A DNA stretch of 64,000 nucleotides from Octopus sinensis (taxonomy: Eukaryota): positions 107,570,001 to 107,634,000 of the forward strand of contig NC_043005.1 in NCBI RefSeq assembly GCF_006345805.1. Direction: 5' to 3'. Below are positions 26,500 to 39,211 of this stretch, one piece after another. The notes below the pieces were generated by a model that saw only the letters and a program-made list of their open reading frames with translations, searched no databases and had not been told where the DNA came from. The position numbers and the translations under genes are program-made. The first letter of the stretch is position 1; each line of letters opens with the position of its first letter.

Positions 26500-28960
26500 T
26501 CCTTGAAAATAAACAAAAATGAACTCAAATACCTAAAAATATCAATAAATATGGTATGCTAGAACAAAAGGAAAGCATAACAAAGTAACTGAGCAAAAGA
26601 ATGCTGCATAAGTTACTTCTATAAACGTGGGCACTTGTTTCTGGATAGGAAAGTAGGGGGATTAAATATAAATAAAAATACATAAAAATGAAAATACTTT
26701 ACATGGGCCTTAACAAGAATATATATCAAAAGAACACACACTACCATCGATAGAACTGAATTAATAATGGGTATGAGAATATGGGTAAACGCTTTTTAAA
26801 GGAGAGGAATTAATTAGAATTAATAATAACTAATAACATAGCCATGTTTAATTATAGCAAAAAAATGAACTCATCAAGATATTAAGAACTGTAAGCAAAT
26901 GTAAAACACTTATAGACGCGTTTCCCAGTTTCTGTTGTAGCATCTCGCCATAATAATACCAATGGGTATGGAATGGCAGCGTTCAATGAACTGCTTAGCA
27001 GACAAGATTGACCTAACATATGGCTTCTGAGGAAATGGAACATGATAGATTCTACTCTATCCAAATAAACTCCATAGACCCCATAACTAGAGGCCTTTAA
27101 CTTGTTTGCCAAAAACACACAAAGCCATTATGACCATATTCTACAACAGGTATTACAACATATACAAATAGCAGAAACAACATCGAATCTGGATATTTAT
27201 TTGTGTAAATGCAGATCATAGCGAATGGGACTCAAAATTATTAAAGCAAACCATTGCCTGACCTAGAGCCGTCATGATAATACATTTGGCCTAAACTCAA
27301 CCGAAATTAAGCAACCTCCTCACTAACACACTATATCAAACATTCCATGTCAAAATGTAAAACAATCGTAGCAATAAACTGTATAATTAAAACCAGCCCC
27401 AATGATCATAGGAAGACCATTGTTTTCTCTACAATTTAGTCTTGCTCCGACGCCATTAAGAAATTTGTTGAGTGAAAACATCAATCATCAAAGATGCTAC
27501 GGAAAAACTATAAACCTTCACTGTAGATGATGTAAAACTATTTACAATATACATTACCCAGTTGGAAAACCTACTAAAATTATTCATCCAAGACACATAA
27601 TGAGTGTGCTATTAGACAAATGTGCCAACTCTAATAGATGAATTAACTAAGACAGAGAATATTAAATTAGATACAGATACCGTAATTAGTGCATCAGACT
27701 ACAATGACCTACAGAAAATATAAAGTAGATAAAGCGAATCGAATAAAACACACAGAAATGATATAAGGTATTAGGAATGAATATTACAGAAACGTGAGAC
27801 TAATATTGAAAATTGACCTCAAAGTTAGAAAGATGGTTGATATACATATACTAAACACCCCGTATAAACTAAAGATTTAGTATAACATATTGCATGTTTA
27901 TTGAAGAAAAATGAGAAATCTACTAACAACGTTCCGAAACCACTACTCCAAAGCTAATATAAAAGAAAAGACTGTACCTGCCAACATGCGAATATATATA
28001 TTTTAGTCGGTATCAACGACGTGACAAGAAGCAATATAAAGAAGCAAGAAAATAGAAAGGGTTGGTGAAATAAGTGAACATGAAGAGAACAAAATCAAAA
28101 CACTTCTTTTTCTCTATATGTCAATAAACAACAACAATAATTTGCAAACTGGAAATTCACGACACTGAAGAGAATTTTTAAAATCAAAAGTAAATAAAAT
28201 AGACGCAGGAGTGGCTGTGTGGTAACTAGCTTGCTTACCAACCACATGGTTCCGGGTTCAGTCCCACTGTGTGGCAGCTTGGATAAGTGTCCTCTACTAT
28301 AGACTGGGGCCGATCAAAGCCTTGTCAGTGGATTTGGTAAATGGAAGCTGAAAGAAACCTGTCATATATATATATATATATATATGTTGTGTCTCACCAT
28401 CGCTTGACGATCGATGTATGTGTGTTTACGTCCCCGTAAATTAGAGGTTCGCCAAAAGAGACCGATAGAATAAGTACTAGGCTTACAAAGACTAAGTAGT
28501 CCTGGCGTCGATTTGTTCGACTAAACGCGGTGCCCCAGCATGGCCGCAATCAATTGAGTGAAACAAATAAAGGAAAGGAAAAATTTTCCCATATTCAATA
28601 AAAGAAGTAAAAAGTAATAGAAAAAACGAAAACTTATCTCCCACAGATAATAAACATGAAAAGAAAACCACTCCATGGCCAACACCTAGCACGTCATGAA
28701 AGAGAGGAACTTTGAGTGAAAGCCAATAATAATTTATGAGATCTGGGCAGGGAGACTCTGATTTAGCTGTACAGGACCAACGTCTATCTATAAATAGTTA
28801 CAAAGATATAATATAAAAAATGATGCTTTTCGGTATTAATTCCACTCACCAAGTGCAGGCAATGCAACTTGTTCAAGGTGAAATTTGATCGCATCTTTTC
28901 TAGCTGTCCAATCCTTGCCAATTTGAGAATATCTCAGACACCTCTGATATACTCATGAAT
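26500..28960 (+). mobile_element. Highly decayed Dong/R4 copy interrupted by a SINE
   Basis: Remnants VDDVKLF...QLENLLK (about 27525), LDKCA, AVQDQRLSINSY (about 28765), SSCPILA (about 28900). Confidence 0.55.
28202..28578 (+). mobile_element. SINE family A
   Basis: GCAGGAGTGGCTGTGTGGTAA...GGTTCAGTCCC...GAGACCGATAGAATAAGTAC. Confidence 0.85.
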
Positions 28961-30034
28961 TGTTGACACTTCCACTTAGGCAGTTTATAGCAATGATAGG
29001 GAAACAGATAAGCAATAATGATATGACAAATATTGTGACACCGACCTTGGTTCTATCATCTACGACATCCATTGATGAATTCGCTAGAAGAGTTCAAGAC
29101 TAAATTTTCAGATATAATAAAGAACTGGCAAGAAATTTCGTGTACTCTGAAAACTATTTCATTATCCTCTCACCTCGAAGGGGAGATGTTGGAGGAACTA
29201 TAAAATTATAAGGATTTTAGTATGAAATATAAAGGGTGTGTATCAAGAAAAATACAGCGATAATAAATACTGGGGCAAAAGGTGTCAAAAATACGCAAAA
29301 AAGTACTTTAAACTAAGGTTCGAAATGTGGAACATATTGCATTGAATATAATAGATTTTGTCATGCCAATTACAGTGGAATATAGTCCAGTTCTAGGAGG
29401 AAGGACTGGGTATGGAAACTAGCCTTGTGGTAAGTGAGAAAAGAAGAGACAAACAGTCTGAAATTAGCTGAATGATCAACCAGCTGCGAGGAGTAGACAC
29501 CATTGCATTTCGTCAGAAAATACGGAAATTAGAAAAAGAGGAGACTAATGCCTGAGGATCAGATAATATAGCGTGTCTATGAGTAGATTTTTGCCAATAT
29601 TTCGAGTAGCATATCATTGGATTCTGTCGAGAATGTCTGTAAATACAGCAATAATATCGTTCCAGTTGTTAGAGCAATACTTGATTGCAAATCTTTTTCC
29701 TTTGTAAAAAGTCAGTCACTGTTGAGGAATATTGAAGCTCTAATGAGACAATGCTTTCTGTGAGATGCTGCCCTAGCTATGGTAATATATGCGTTGGGCA
29801 TTGTAGATTCCGTGTTGCTCACTCATGACCATCGGACAACTTTCTTTTCCTAAATTCAGTTTCTTTCTTTCTTTTCTTCTGATCAGCTACAATAGATCAG
29901 ACGCATCTTTGTCGGTCTCCTGTCAAAGCTTGTTTCTCTAGCGTTCGCCACCTCACCTCGTCATGGCTTAATAGCCCTTACTAGTTTCATTGTCCTGTTT
30001 TTGTTATCAACTTTGACCCTCCGCAAGCAAATCT

Positions 30035-30170
30035 CAAATCCTATTTAATTTGCTTTGCGGGGGCAACTGTTTTGACGAACGCCGCACATCTTGACATAAA
30101 TGCTCGAAATGTAGAGTAGATAAAAGAGCCGACAACTGACGAAGGGTCGTCCTTTATGTTGCTTCTCTTG
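30035..30170 (+). repeat. Dispersed repeat, related to 36440-36560 (-)
   Basis: Shared TTGCGGG..ACTGTTTT.AC, TCGAAA.G, GACAACTGA(C/T)GAAGGG..TATGTTGC. Confidence 0.55.
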
Positions 30171-31004
30171 TTAGAAGCATAGAAGCATAGAAGGTGCTTG
30201 TAACGACATGAATACGACATACTAGGGGAGACATCTAGGAGCATTGCGAAACGATTAATGAACACTTGAGACGATATGACGACGAAAAACAGTCCTCCAT
30301 ACTCTACCAACATGTCAGGGACCAACATGGAGGCAACATGGGTCAACTTGACATCCGCATTTTATCCAAGCACCCAAAGGACCCAACACTCTGACAAATA
30401 CAGGAGTACGTTCTCATAAATGAATCTTCTCCAATACTAAATAGGAAATATACATGTTATATATACTAGATATCATACACCCCATATCCACAGTTTACAC
30501 AGGTAGAGAAGAATAGTTAGTGGGCTGTTATGAGATAGATGTATGTGTGTGTGTGTGTATGTGTGTATGTATATAAGCATATGGATATGAAAGTAAACAG
30601 ATCAACATGCAGACGGATAGGTACATAGGTTATATGAACACACAAGCACACATATGGAGATGCACATCCATACATACAAACACGGTACGTAGTTGCAAAA
30701 CACACACACACAAACTCAGACATGCACACACAAGGAGACAGAGATACACACACACATATACAAACACACACACACACACATACGTAAAAACACACAAACA
30801 CGGACACATGAATATGCAGAACACAAAATACAAATATACGCACATACATACATATATACATATGTACGCACACACATACATACATACATACACGCACATA
30901 CGTGCATATATACATACATGTGTAGGCATACACACACACGAACGCACGAACATGCGCACAAACAAACCAAAAGAACGCAGTGTGAACAACGGACAGAGTC
31001 AGAA

Positions 31005-31083
31005 CTATTGAAAAGGTTTTAAGAAGCAACGGAAATTTTAGAAAAACAAAAAAGTAATAAGTGGAAATTTTACCGGTGAGTGT
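31005..31083 (+). repeat. Second copy of the 2680-2755 hammerhead-like spacer
   Basis: CTATTGAAAAGGTT..AAGA.GCAACGGAAATTTTAG...TAATAAGTGGAAATTTTACCGGTGAGTGT. Confidence 0.65.
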
Positions 31084-31100
31084 ATATATGTAAATGTTTG

Positions 31101-31297
31101 AGTGTGTGTGTTTGTCCCTCCCCACTATCGTTTGACAACCGATGTTGGTGTGTTTATGTCACCGTAACTTAGGGGTCCGGCAAAAGAGACCGATTGAATA
31201 CGTACTAGGCGTACATCGAATAAGTCCTGGAGTCGATTTGTCCGATTAAAGGCGGCGGTCCAGCATGACCGCAGTTAAATGGGTGAAACAAGTAATA
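31101..31297 (+). mobile_element. SINE family A, 3' half
   Basis: Matches the 3' part of the other family A copies. Confidence 0.75.
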
Positions 31298-31383
31298 AAT
31301 ATATATATACATGTATATATATATTATATATATATATATAGAGAGAGATACATATATATATACATATATATATATATACATGT

Positions 31384-31454
<71 letters not shown>

Positions 31455-32361
31455 TATATATATATGTATGTATGTATATATACATATATATACATATTTG
31501 TATATGTGTATGTGTTAGATGGGACTCGACACATTATTCGTCTACAAACTTCCATTCACAAGGTGTCGGTCAAGCAGTATGAATATCTAGCACTATAAAT
31601 ATCTGTACGAAGCGAACAATCCATCATAAACCCAACCAACCATTGTTTTATTGATAAAGTAAGTGTGTTAAATATATTTGATAATCACTGTTTCTCCTCA
31701 TCGATAGCAGCCATTATGAAATTATGAAGACATCGTGATTGGTTGGTGGATATTTTGGCAAAATTACCGGCGTATCTATGACAGATTTCTGGCATATCAC
31801 AGACACTTACTCCTACTTTTGTAGAAATTCTATCCATCACAAGTATTACATCACATTACAAATACCCAAAGAAAAAATAAGAGAAAGCAAAACAATAGAA
31901 ACATAAATTAATTGAAAAAACAAAAATAAGATAAAAAATATTTTCCCGATAAATGTTTCCAGTTAATTATTTTTATCCTCATAATTGATAGTCTACTTCT
32001 GGTTATGTTTTTTGTGCAGTTTTTTTGTTGTTGCTAGTTTTGATTATTTCATGTTTATTAGTTTAGTGTTGCTGTTGTTGTTGTAGTTGCTATGGTGGTG
32101 GTGATGGTGGCTGTGGTGGTGATAGTGGTGGTGGTGGTGGTGTTTGTGATGATGAGGGGTGACTGCGGTATTGGTATTCTTTTACATCATGTTGCTTATG
32201 ATCAACAAAGCATTCCAATCATGGCCAACCTGTCTTTTCAGGAGACGTGGGCAAACTTTGTCTAATATACTCTTCCTTTATTTAAGGCGATTGTAAAACC
32301 CGGCGCCCTATATCGAAAACCTTTCGCACTATATATATGTATATATATATATATAATATAT

Positions 32362-32393
<32 letters not shown>

Positions 32394-32501
32394 ATACATG
32401 TGTGTATATAAGTGACTGTGTCTCTATTAATTTGTCTGTCTTTTTTGCTCTCCCTTTCTCTGTGTGTATATATATATATATGTCAACACATATGTCTACA
32501 C

Positions 32502-32700
32502 AGCGGTGAGCTGGCAGAATCGTTAGCACGCCGGGCGAAATGAGTAGCCGTATTTCGTCTACCGTTACGTTATGAGTTTCAAAATTCGACTTTGCCTTTC
32601 AACCTTTCGGGGTCAGTAAATAAAGTACCAGTTATGCACTGGGGTCGATGTAATCGACTTAATCCCTTTGCTGGTCCCCTTGTGGGCAATAAATAAATAA
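32502..32700 (+). mobile_element. tRNA-derived SINE family B (Meta-domain-like core)
   Basis: GAGCTGGCAGAATCGTTAGCACGCCGG head; CGACTTTGCCTTTCA.CCTTTCGGGGTC...AAGTACCAG core. Confidence 0.8.
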
Positions 32701-32804
32701 ATATATATGTCTACACACACTAACACATCGAAACACACACGCACACACATACAAACATGTATTAATATATGTATAAATGTATACATATATATATATATAT
32801 ATAT

Positions 32805-32839
<35 letters not shown>

Positions 32840-33010
32840 TGTATATATGTGTGTGTGTGTGTGTGCATGTGTGGTTATATGTAGAGATACAGACACAAAC
32901 ATATATATATATACATACATATATATATACACACACACACACAGACAGATACACAGACAGACAGAAACAAAGATACATACACTCACACACATATGCATAT
33001 ACATAAATAC

Positions 33011-33791
33011 ATATATGTGTGGGTGTGTATGTATCTCTCTCTGTCTGTCTGTCTATCTATCTGTTTATATATATATGTGTGTGTGTGTGTGCCTGTATCT
33101 CTACATAAACATATATATATGTATATGTACAAACACACACTCACACGCACACACACGCACACATACACACATACACACACACACAAACACACACATATAT
33201 ATATACATACATATTGATAGACAGACAGATTGACTGATTGACAGACATATAAATATAATAGACAGATAAATAGATTCATACATACATATACGAACAATAA
33301 AAATCAATCACCACTGCTAACACAAACATCTGTATGTGTGTATATCATCTGCGTTGTATATCCCAGGGTATAGGCATATGTGTGTGTGTCTGTGTGTGTG
33401 TGAGTGTGTGCGTGAGTGCGTGCGTGTGTGTGCGTGTGTATGCGTGTGTGTGTGTGCCTATATACCTGCAGTATGTAAATATACTACGTTGTACGCGCAG
33501 TACATGGCAGCAGTCATAGTAGGGGAGATAACTCTATACGTTACGGACTTTCTTTTGCATTAGCAGACTGCTTCAACGACGATTAATAAAGAAGCATGAA
33601 CATGTATATAAATATAATTAGCTGAATTGTATAGGTGTTCTCATACATATATACCTACATGCATACATACATACACACACCTACATACATACATACATAC
33701 AAACATACATACATACATACATACATACGTACATATATTTATGTATATATGCATATTTACACGTATTTATGTATATATTTATATATATATA

Positions 33792-33836
<45 letters not shown>

Positions 33837-34095
33837 TATTCGAGACAAAATTTATATGTCTGTCAATCAGTCAATCTGTCTGTCTATCAATATGTATGTA
33901 TATATATATATGTGTGTGTTTGTGTGTGTGTGTATGTGTGTATGTGTGCGTGTGTGTGCGTGTGAGTGTGTGTTTGTACATATACATATATATATGTTTA
34001 TGTAGAGATACAGGCACACACACACACACATATATATATAAACAGATAGATAGACAGACAGACAGAGAGAGATACATACACACCCACACATATAT
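33011..34095. repeat. Near-identical inverted duplication (33011-33254 and 33850-34095)
   Basis: About 245-bp mixed-microsatellite block repeated in reverse complement, including unique GCCTGTATCTCTACATAAAC and GATTGACTGATTGACAGAC. Confidence 0.85.
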
Positions 34096-34232
34096 ATATA
34101 TATATATATACGTATGTGTATTTACGTGTGCACGCCTAAACATTTCATTGATATGTGTGTTTGAGTGTGTATATCCGCGTGTGTGTGTGTGCTTATGCGC
34201 GTGTGTATGTGTGTGTGTTTTCTGTGTGTAAA

Positions 34233-34335
34233 AGCGCGTGGCTTAGTGGTTAGGCGTATTCAGCTCATAATCGTGAGATCGTGGTTTCGATATCGAAACT
34301 GGCCGCACCATGTGTCCTTGATCGAAACGCTTCAC
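34233..34335 (+). mobile_element. SINE family C, 5' part
   Basis: GCGCGTGGCTTAGTGGTTAG...GGTTTCGAT...GTGTCCTTGA; matches the 42456-42708 copy. Confidence 0.65.
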
Positions 34336-34422
34336 ATACTGTATGTTCAATATATATATACTCATACATATTTATATCTTTATCTATCTATACATAAATG
34401 TCGATAAATATATAGACAGATA

Positions 34423-34830
34423 CCTCTTTTACTCTTTTACTTGTTTCAGTCATTTTACTGCGGCCATGCTGGAGCACCGCCTTTAGTCGAGCAAATCGAC
34501 CCCCGGACTTATTCTTTGTAAGCCCAGTGCTTATTCTATCGGTCTCTTTTGCCGAACCGCTAAGTGACGGGGACGTAAACACACCAGCATCGGTTGTCAA
34601 GCAATGCTAGGGGGACAAACACAGACACACAAACATATAAACACACCTACATATATATACATATATACGACAGGCTTCTTTCAGTTTCCGTCTACCAAAT
34701 CCACTCACAAGGTATTGGTCGGCCCGGGGCTATAGCAGAAGACACTTACCCAAGATGCCACGCAGTGGGACTGTACCCGGAACCATGTGGTTGGTTAGCA
34801 AGCTACTTACCACACAGCCACTCTGCGCCT
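34423..34830 (-). mobile_element. SINE family A, full length
   Basis: Near-identical to the 46022-46432 copy. Confidence 0.9.
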
Positions 34831-34877
34831 CCACGTAAGATATATATATATATATATAGATATATATATATATAATA

Positions 34878-34923
<46 letters not shown>

Positions 34924-35057
34924 ATATATATATATAATATATATATCTCTATATATATATTATATATGGTATAAGGGTGAAAAGGAACACACGAGTTGAT
35001 ATATATGAAAAAACAGTCAAAAATAGAAAATGCTAAATAATTTTATAGTGAACATTT

Positions 35058-35093
35058 CAGTACCGGTTTCGGTCATTTTGAGACCTTTTCACG
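35058..35093 (-). ncRNA. Minimal hammerhead motif, U3-A8 variant (left arm)
   Basis: Minus strand cg-TGAAAA-GGTC-tcaaaat-GACC-GAAA-CCGG-TA-CTG; small deletion on the 5' side relative to the right arm. Confidence 0.55.
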
Positions 35094-35403
35094 TAACGAT
35101 TAAATAATTAAATTTAGAAAAATTAGAAGAAAGTTTTTTTAAAAGAATATTTCTATAGTAGTGTTCAGATTTAAGTGGCATTCTGCCTTTCTCTGACTCC
35201 CTTGTTTTGCACTTGTGTGTCGGAGGTCGTTGTGAGTTCTTGGAAGAACTCTTCCAAGAACTTACAACGACCTCCGACACACAAGTGCAAACAAGGGAGT
35301 CAGAGAAAGGCAGAATGCCACTTAAATCTAAACACTACTATAGAAATATTCTTTTAAAAAAACTTTTCTTCTAATTTTTCTAAATTTAATTATTTAATCG
35401 TTA

Positions 35404-35440
35404 CAGTTGAAAAGGTCTCAAAATGACCGAAACCGTACTG
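35404..35440 (+). ncRNA. Minimal hammerhead motif, U3-A8 variant (right arm)
   Basis: CAG-TTGAAAA-GGTC-tcaaaat-GACC-GAAA-CCG-TA-CTG; lacks one G of the left arm's CCGG. Confidence 0.6.
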
Positions 35441-35489
35441 AATGTTCACTATAAAATTATTTTAGCATTTTCTATTTTTGACTTGTTTT

Positions 35490-35541
<52 letters not shown>

Positions 35542-35602
35542 ATTAATATATCTATCTAGTTGTCTATCAGTATGCATATCTACGTATATATGTATATGTA
35601 TG

Positions 35603-35650
<48 letters not shown>

Positions 35651-35670
35651 ATATATATATATATAATATA

Positions 35671-35868
35671 TGTGACAATTATTCGGCAGCCATGACAATC
35701 TCCGTGTTTCGGAAGTCGAGGTGGAAATCGACGCCGCCATCTCTGCAGTTATCCGGCCGTCGGAAAAACGCTATCCGATGGCTGAATAACTGAAGAGATG
35801 GCGGCGTGGATTTCCACATCGGCATCCGAAACTCGGAGTTTTATCATGGCTACAGAATAATTGTCACA
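35671..35868. mobile_element. About 200-bp foldback/MITE-like palindrome
   Basis: TGTGACAATTATTC...GAATAATTGTCACA termini; imperfect pairing across the whole length; GC-rich relative to flanks. Confidence 0.8.
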
Positions 35869-35979
35869 TTTTACATTAACAGAAAAATTCCTCTATTACA
35901 TAATCGAGGTCTCTTTCTTTCTTGTGTTACGTTACCGTTTTTATCAATACACCACACATACATACATCACACACACTCA

Positions 35980-36014
<35 letters not shown>

Positions 36015-36016
36015 AC

Positions 36017-36068
<52 letters not shown>

Positions 36069-36299
36069 CATAGGTAAAGGGTATTTCTTAGATTTGATCC
36101 CATAGATGCCTGGGAATTGTGTGGCTGGACGTGAAACCAAGGTAATCCCATAAACTGGCCTATATATTATATTATCTGTCTGTCTATACATGCATATATA
36201 TATATATATATATATATTGTATATATATATATGTATATATATAATATATAAGTATATGCATATATGCATATATACATACATATATGTATATACGTACAT

Positions 36300-36682
36300 A
36301 TATATCTATATATATACTTGTATATGTGTGTACAGGACATAAAAAAACGTAGACAAAATGAGAAACGAGAACATAAAGAACATAAACATATGAAAGGAAC
36401 TTTTTTTCGAACCACGGATAAAACAATCAGAGAAACGAGACTTGCAACATAGGAACATTCCCTTCATCAGTTGTCCCCATAAGTTGTCCGCGTTTCGAAG
36501 GTAGGGACAAGACGCGACTTTGTTAAAACAGTCCTTCCCGCAAAGGGAAGTAGAAACATTTGGAATTTTCTGCCGTGAGGTGGAAGTGGTAACAAAAGCA
36601 GGCCGGTGGGAACAAAACAGTAAAAACAAACGGTGAGGGCTGTTAAGCCAAGGCAATGTGAAGTGGAAAACGGTGGATAAAC
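36300..36682 (-). repeat. Dispersed repeat between TA tracts, related to 30035-30170
   Basis: Shared blocks with the 30035-30170 repeat. Confidence 0.5.
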
Positions 36683-36713
<31 letters not shown>

Positions 36714-36800
36714 TATATATATCAGAAATACTAAATTTCTAAATCTCTCGTAGAGACATGTACGGTGGTGGGGCGATATTGACAGTATACAACCATTCTC

Positions 36801-36831
<31 letters not shown>

Positions 36832-36949
36832 ATATATATATATATGCATATCGGTGTGAGGAGGAGTGGTTGCAATGCACAGAAGTGAGCGAACACAGGG
36901 AATCACCATGTTAATTTTCAGTTCATAACTTTATCAAACTCAGAGTTCA

Positions 36950-37122
36950 TGATGTTAGCGAAGTAGTTGACTCTTGTCGTCAGTAGTTCAAATTCTGCCG
37001 TGGTTGACTTTGCTTTTCATCATTTCAGGGTCGATAAATTAAATACCAGTTGCGTACTGGGGTCGATCTAATCGACTGGTACCCTTCCCCCAAATTTTGT
37101 GCCTTGTGCCTAGAGTAGAAAA
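36950..37122 (+). mobile_element. SINE family B (diverged head; CTTGTGCCTAGAGTAGAAAAG tail)
   Basis: GTTCAAATTC.GCCG.GGT.GACTTTGC core; tail identical to 39191-39211. Confidence 0.75.
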
Positions 37123-38627
37123 GTTTTATCGGTGATGCGCAAACATGCGCCATCTTCAATAGATATTTCTACTGCAACCTCAATCAAATGCGAAACTTCA
37201 TAGCATGAATGAAAAATCTGGCACGGATTGGACCCTGGCTAAATTAAACGACCCTAAGCTTTCGATATAACTGATTGGAAGCTGCCCTAACTGGAGTCAA
37301 TTTAGGCCCCGTCTACACGAACTGGATAACCGCAATATACAGCGATATCTACTTGGTAATTCAAGTGAATGTTTTACCTACTTGAAACATTTATGAAACA
37401 TTTAGTATCATGCGGAAGATCTGTGTTGACATATGCGACATGAAGTTGATCACTAAGTGCGTCAAGTTGATGAGCACCACACTATAGGGTTACGATACAG
37501 TAACTAAACTAACCTGAAAGGTCGGTGAAACAGAAACGTCACCTGGAGAGGCAGTTCCATTCGATCCAACAGCATTGTACGAGACTGGAGTGATGGGTCA
37601 GATAAGTTACTCGGCGTCTGGTTTGGTCGGGTACAGATCTCTTTGTAGAGAATAATTTGGATGAAGTGACGAGGTGAATGGCCAGTCCCAATCATACATG
37701 GGCCTGGATATCCATGAAATGCTGGAGAGATATGACGAATGCCTTTATAGTTTTTGTTATTTATTACTTCCTGACCGGCATGTGTTACCAAATCGATTCA
37801 TTGGTTCTTCCGATTTTAATGGAAAGGACGCATTCTATTGGTTAGGAACTCCACTTACTGCCATTATCTTCTACGTAGTGAACTGGGCATGTGTGGATGA
37901 TGGTCTACATGCGTGTGTCCAAAGCTGCTAAAATTAAAGCGATTCACTGACAATGTTTTCCGTTTTGTCAGAAGCATTTTTCTACAACTCGCTTTTTTGA
38001 CAGAGCCACAATCCAAAGTCAAGCAAAGGCAAAGAGAGACAGCTTGGAATCTGGAAATATCAGCAACCACTCAAAGGTTTCCGCCACTCGAGCAATGCGA
38101 TAGGTGGAATCCGCATGCGTGTGTTTTATAATTATTTAGAGGAAAAGTAACGTATATCTCCTGGAAATTTGGAGCGTAGGTGAAATTTTATTCGTCTGTT
38201 CTAGAAAACTTGCTGGTCGGCATAATTTCTAGTAAATCTTGGCCTAGGAGAGCAGCTCTGACTAATAATTAGCGACTCTATTCACAGAGAAATGCCGTCA
38301 GATCAGCCGATCAGAAATATGTGGAGTATCGGTTATGGTATGCTGTTATCTCGATTTATTATTTCAACATAGTTTGTATCAGCTTCGTACGTTGTCACTT
38401 CATTGTATAGAGAGAATTGTTGTTCATGTTTAATTAATACATTCATTAGCCTAATACTCTTTGTTTCTCAGTATTTAGAACCTCTCTGATTTTCTATCAA
38501 AAAGTTTCACTCCAGCCCCCAAATTACTTTCTTATAGATGTTATATATGACTTGTATAATTAATATACGCTTAACTAATATATATAAGTTCTAGTATTAA
38601 ATCCAGATTTTAATATTACTCTAACTC

Positions 38628-39211
38628 AAGGCGGCGAGCTTGGCAGGATCGTTAGCACGCCGGGTTAAATGCTTAGGAATATTTCGTTTGTCATTACTTT
38701 GTGGGTGCAAATTCCGCCGAGGTCGACTTTGCCTTTCATATTTTCGGGGTCGATAAATTAAGCACCAGTTACGCACTAGGGTCGATGTAATCGACTTAAT
38801 ACCTATGTCTGTCCTTGTTTGTCCCCTCTATGTTTAACCCCTTGTGGGTAATAAAGAAATAAGTATTTCGTCTGCCATTACGTTCTGAGTTCAAATTCCG
38901 CCGAGGTCGACTTTGCCTTTCATCCTTTCGGGGTCGATATATCAAGTATCACTTATGCACTGGAGTCGATAAAATCAACTTAATCCGTTTGTCTGTCCTT
39001 GTTTGTTCTCCCTGTGTTTAGCCTCTTTTGGGTAGTAAAGAAATAGGTATTTCGTCTGTCTTTATGTTCTGGGTTCAAATTCCGCCGAGGTCGACTTTTC
39101 CTTTCATCCTTTCGGAGTCGATAAAGTAAATACCAGTTGCGTACTGGGGTCGATCTAATCGACTGGTATCCCTCTCCCTAAATTTCGGGGCTTGTGCCTA
39201 GAGTAGAAAAG
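38628..39211 (+). mobile_element. Tandem trimer of SINE family B under one 16-bp TSD
   Basis: Three CAAATTCCGCCGAGGTCGACTTT cores; TSD AATATTACTCTAACTC at 38612-38627 and 39212-39227. Confidence 0.9.

Larger units (their letters stand above)
35001..35500. repeat. About 500-bp near-perfect palindrome (2-nt centre at 35248-35249) with a hammerhead motif in each arm
   Basis: Centre GTTCTTGGAAGA-AC-TCTTCCAAGAAC; arms match out to the flanking TA tracts. Confidence 0.92.

Noticed and set aside
28202-28270. tRNA genes at SINE heads
   Set aside because: A/B boxes are present but there is no full cloverleaf, and they continue into SINE bodies
37500-38460. Possible piggyBac C-terminal remnant on the minus strand
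   Set aside because: Resemblance too weak to support by eye
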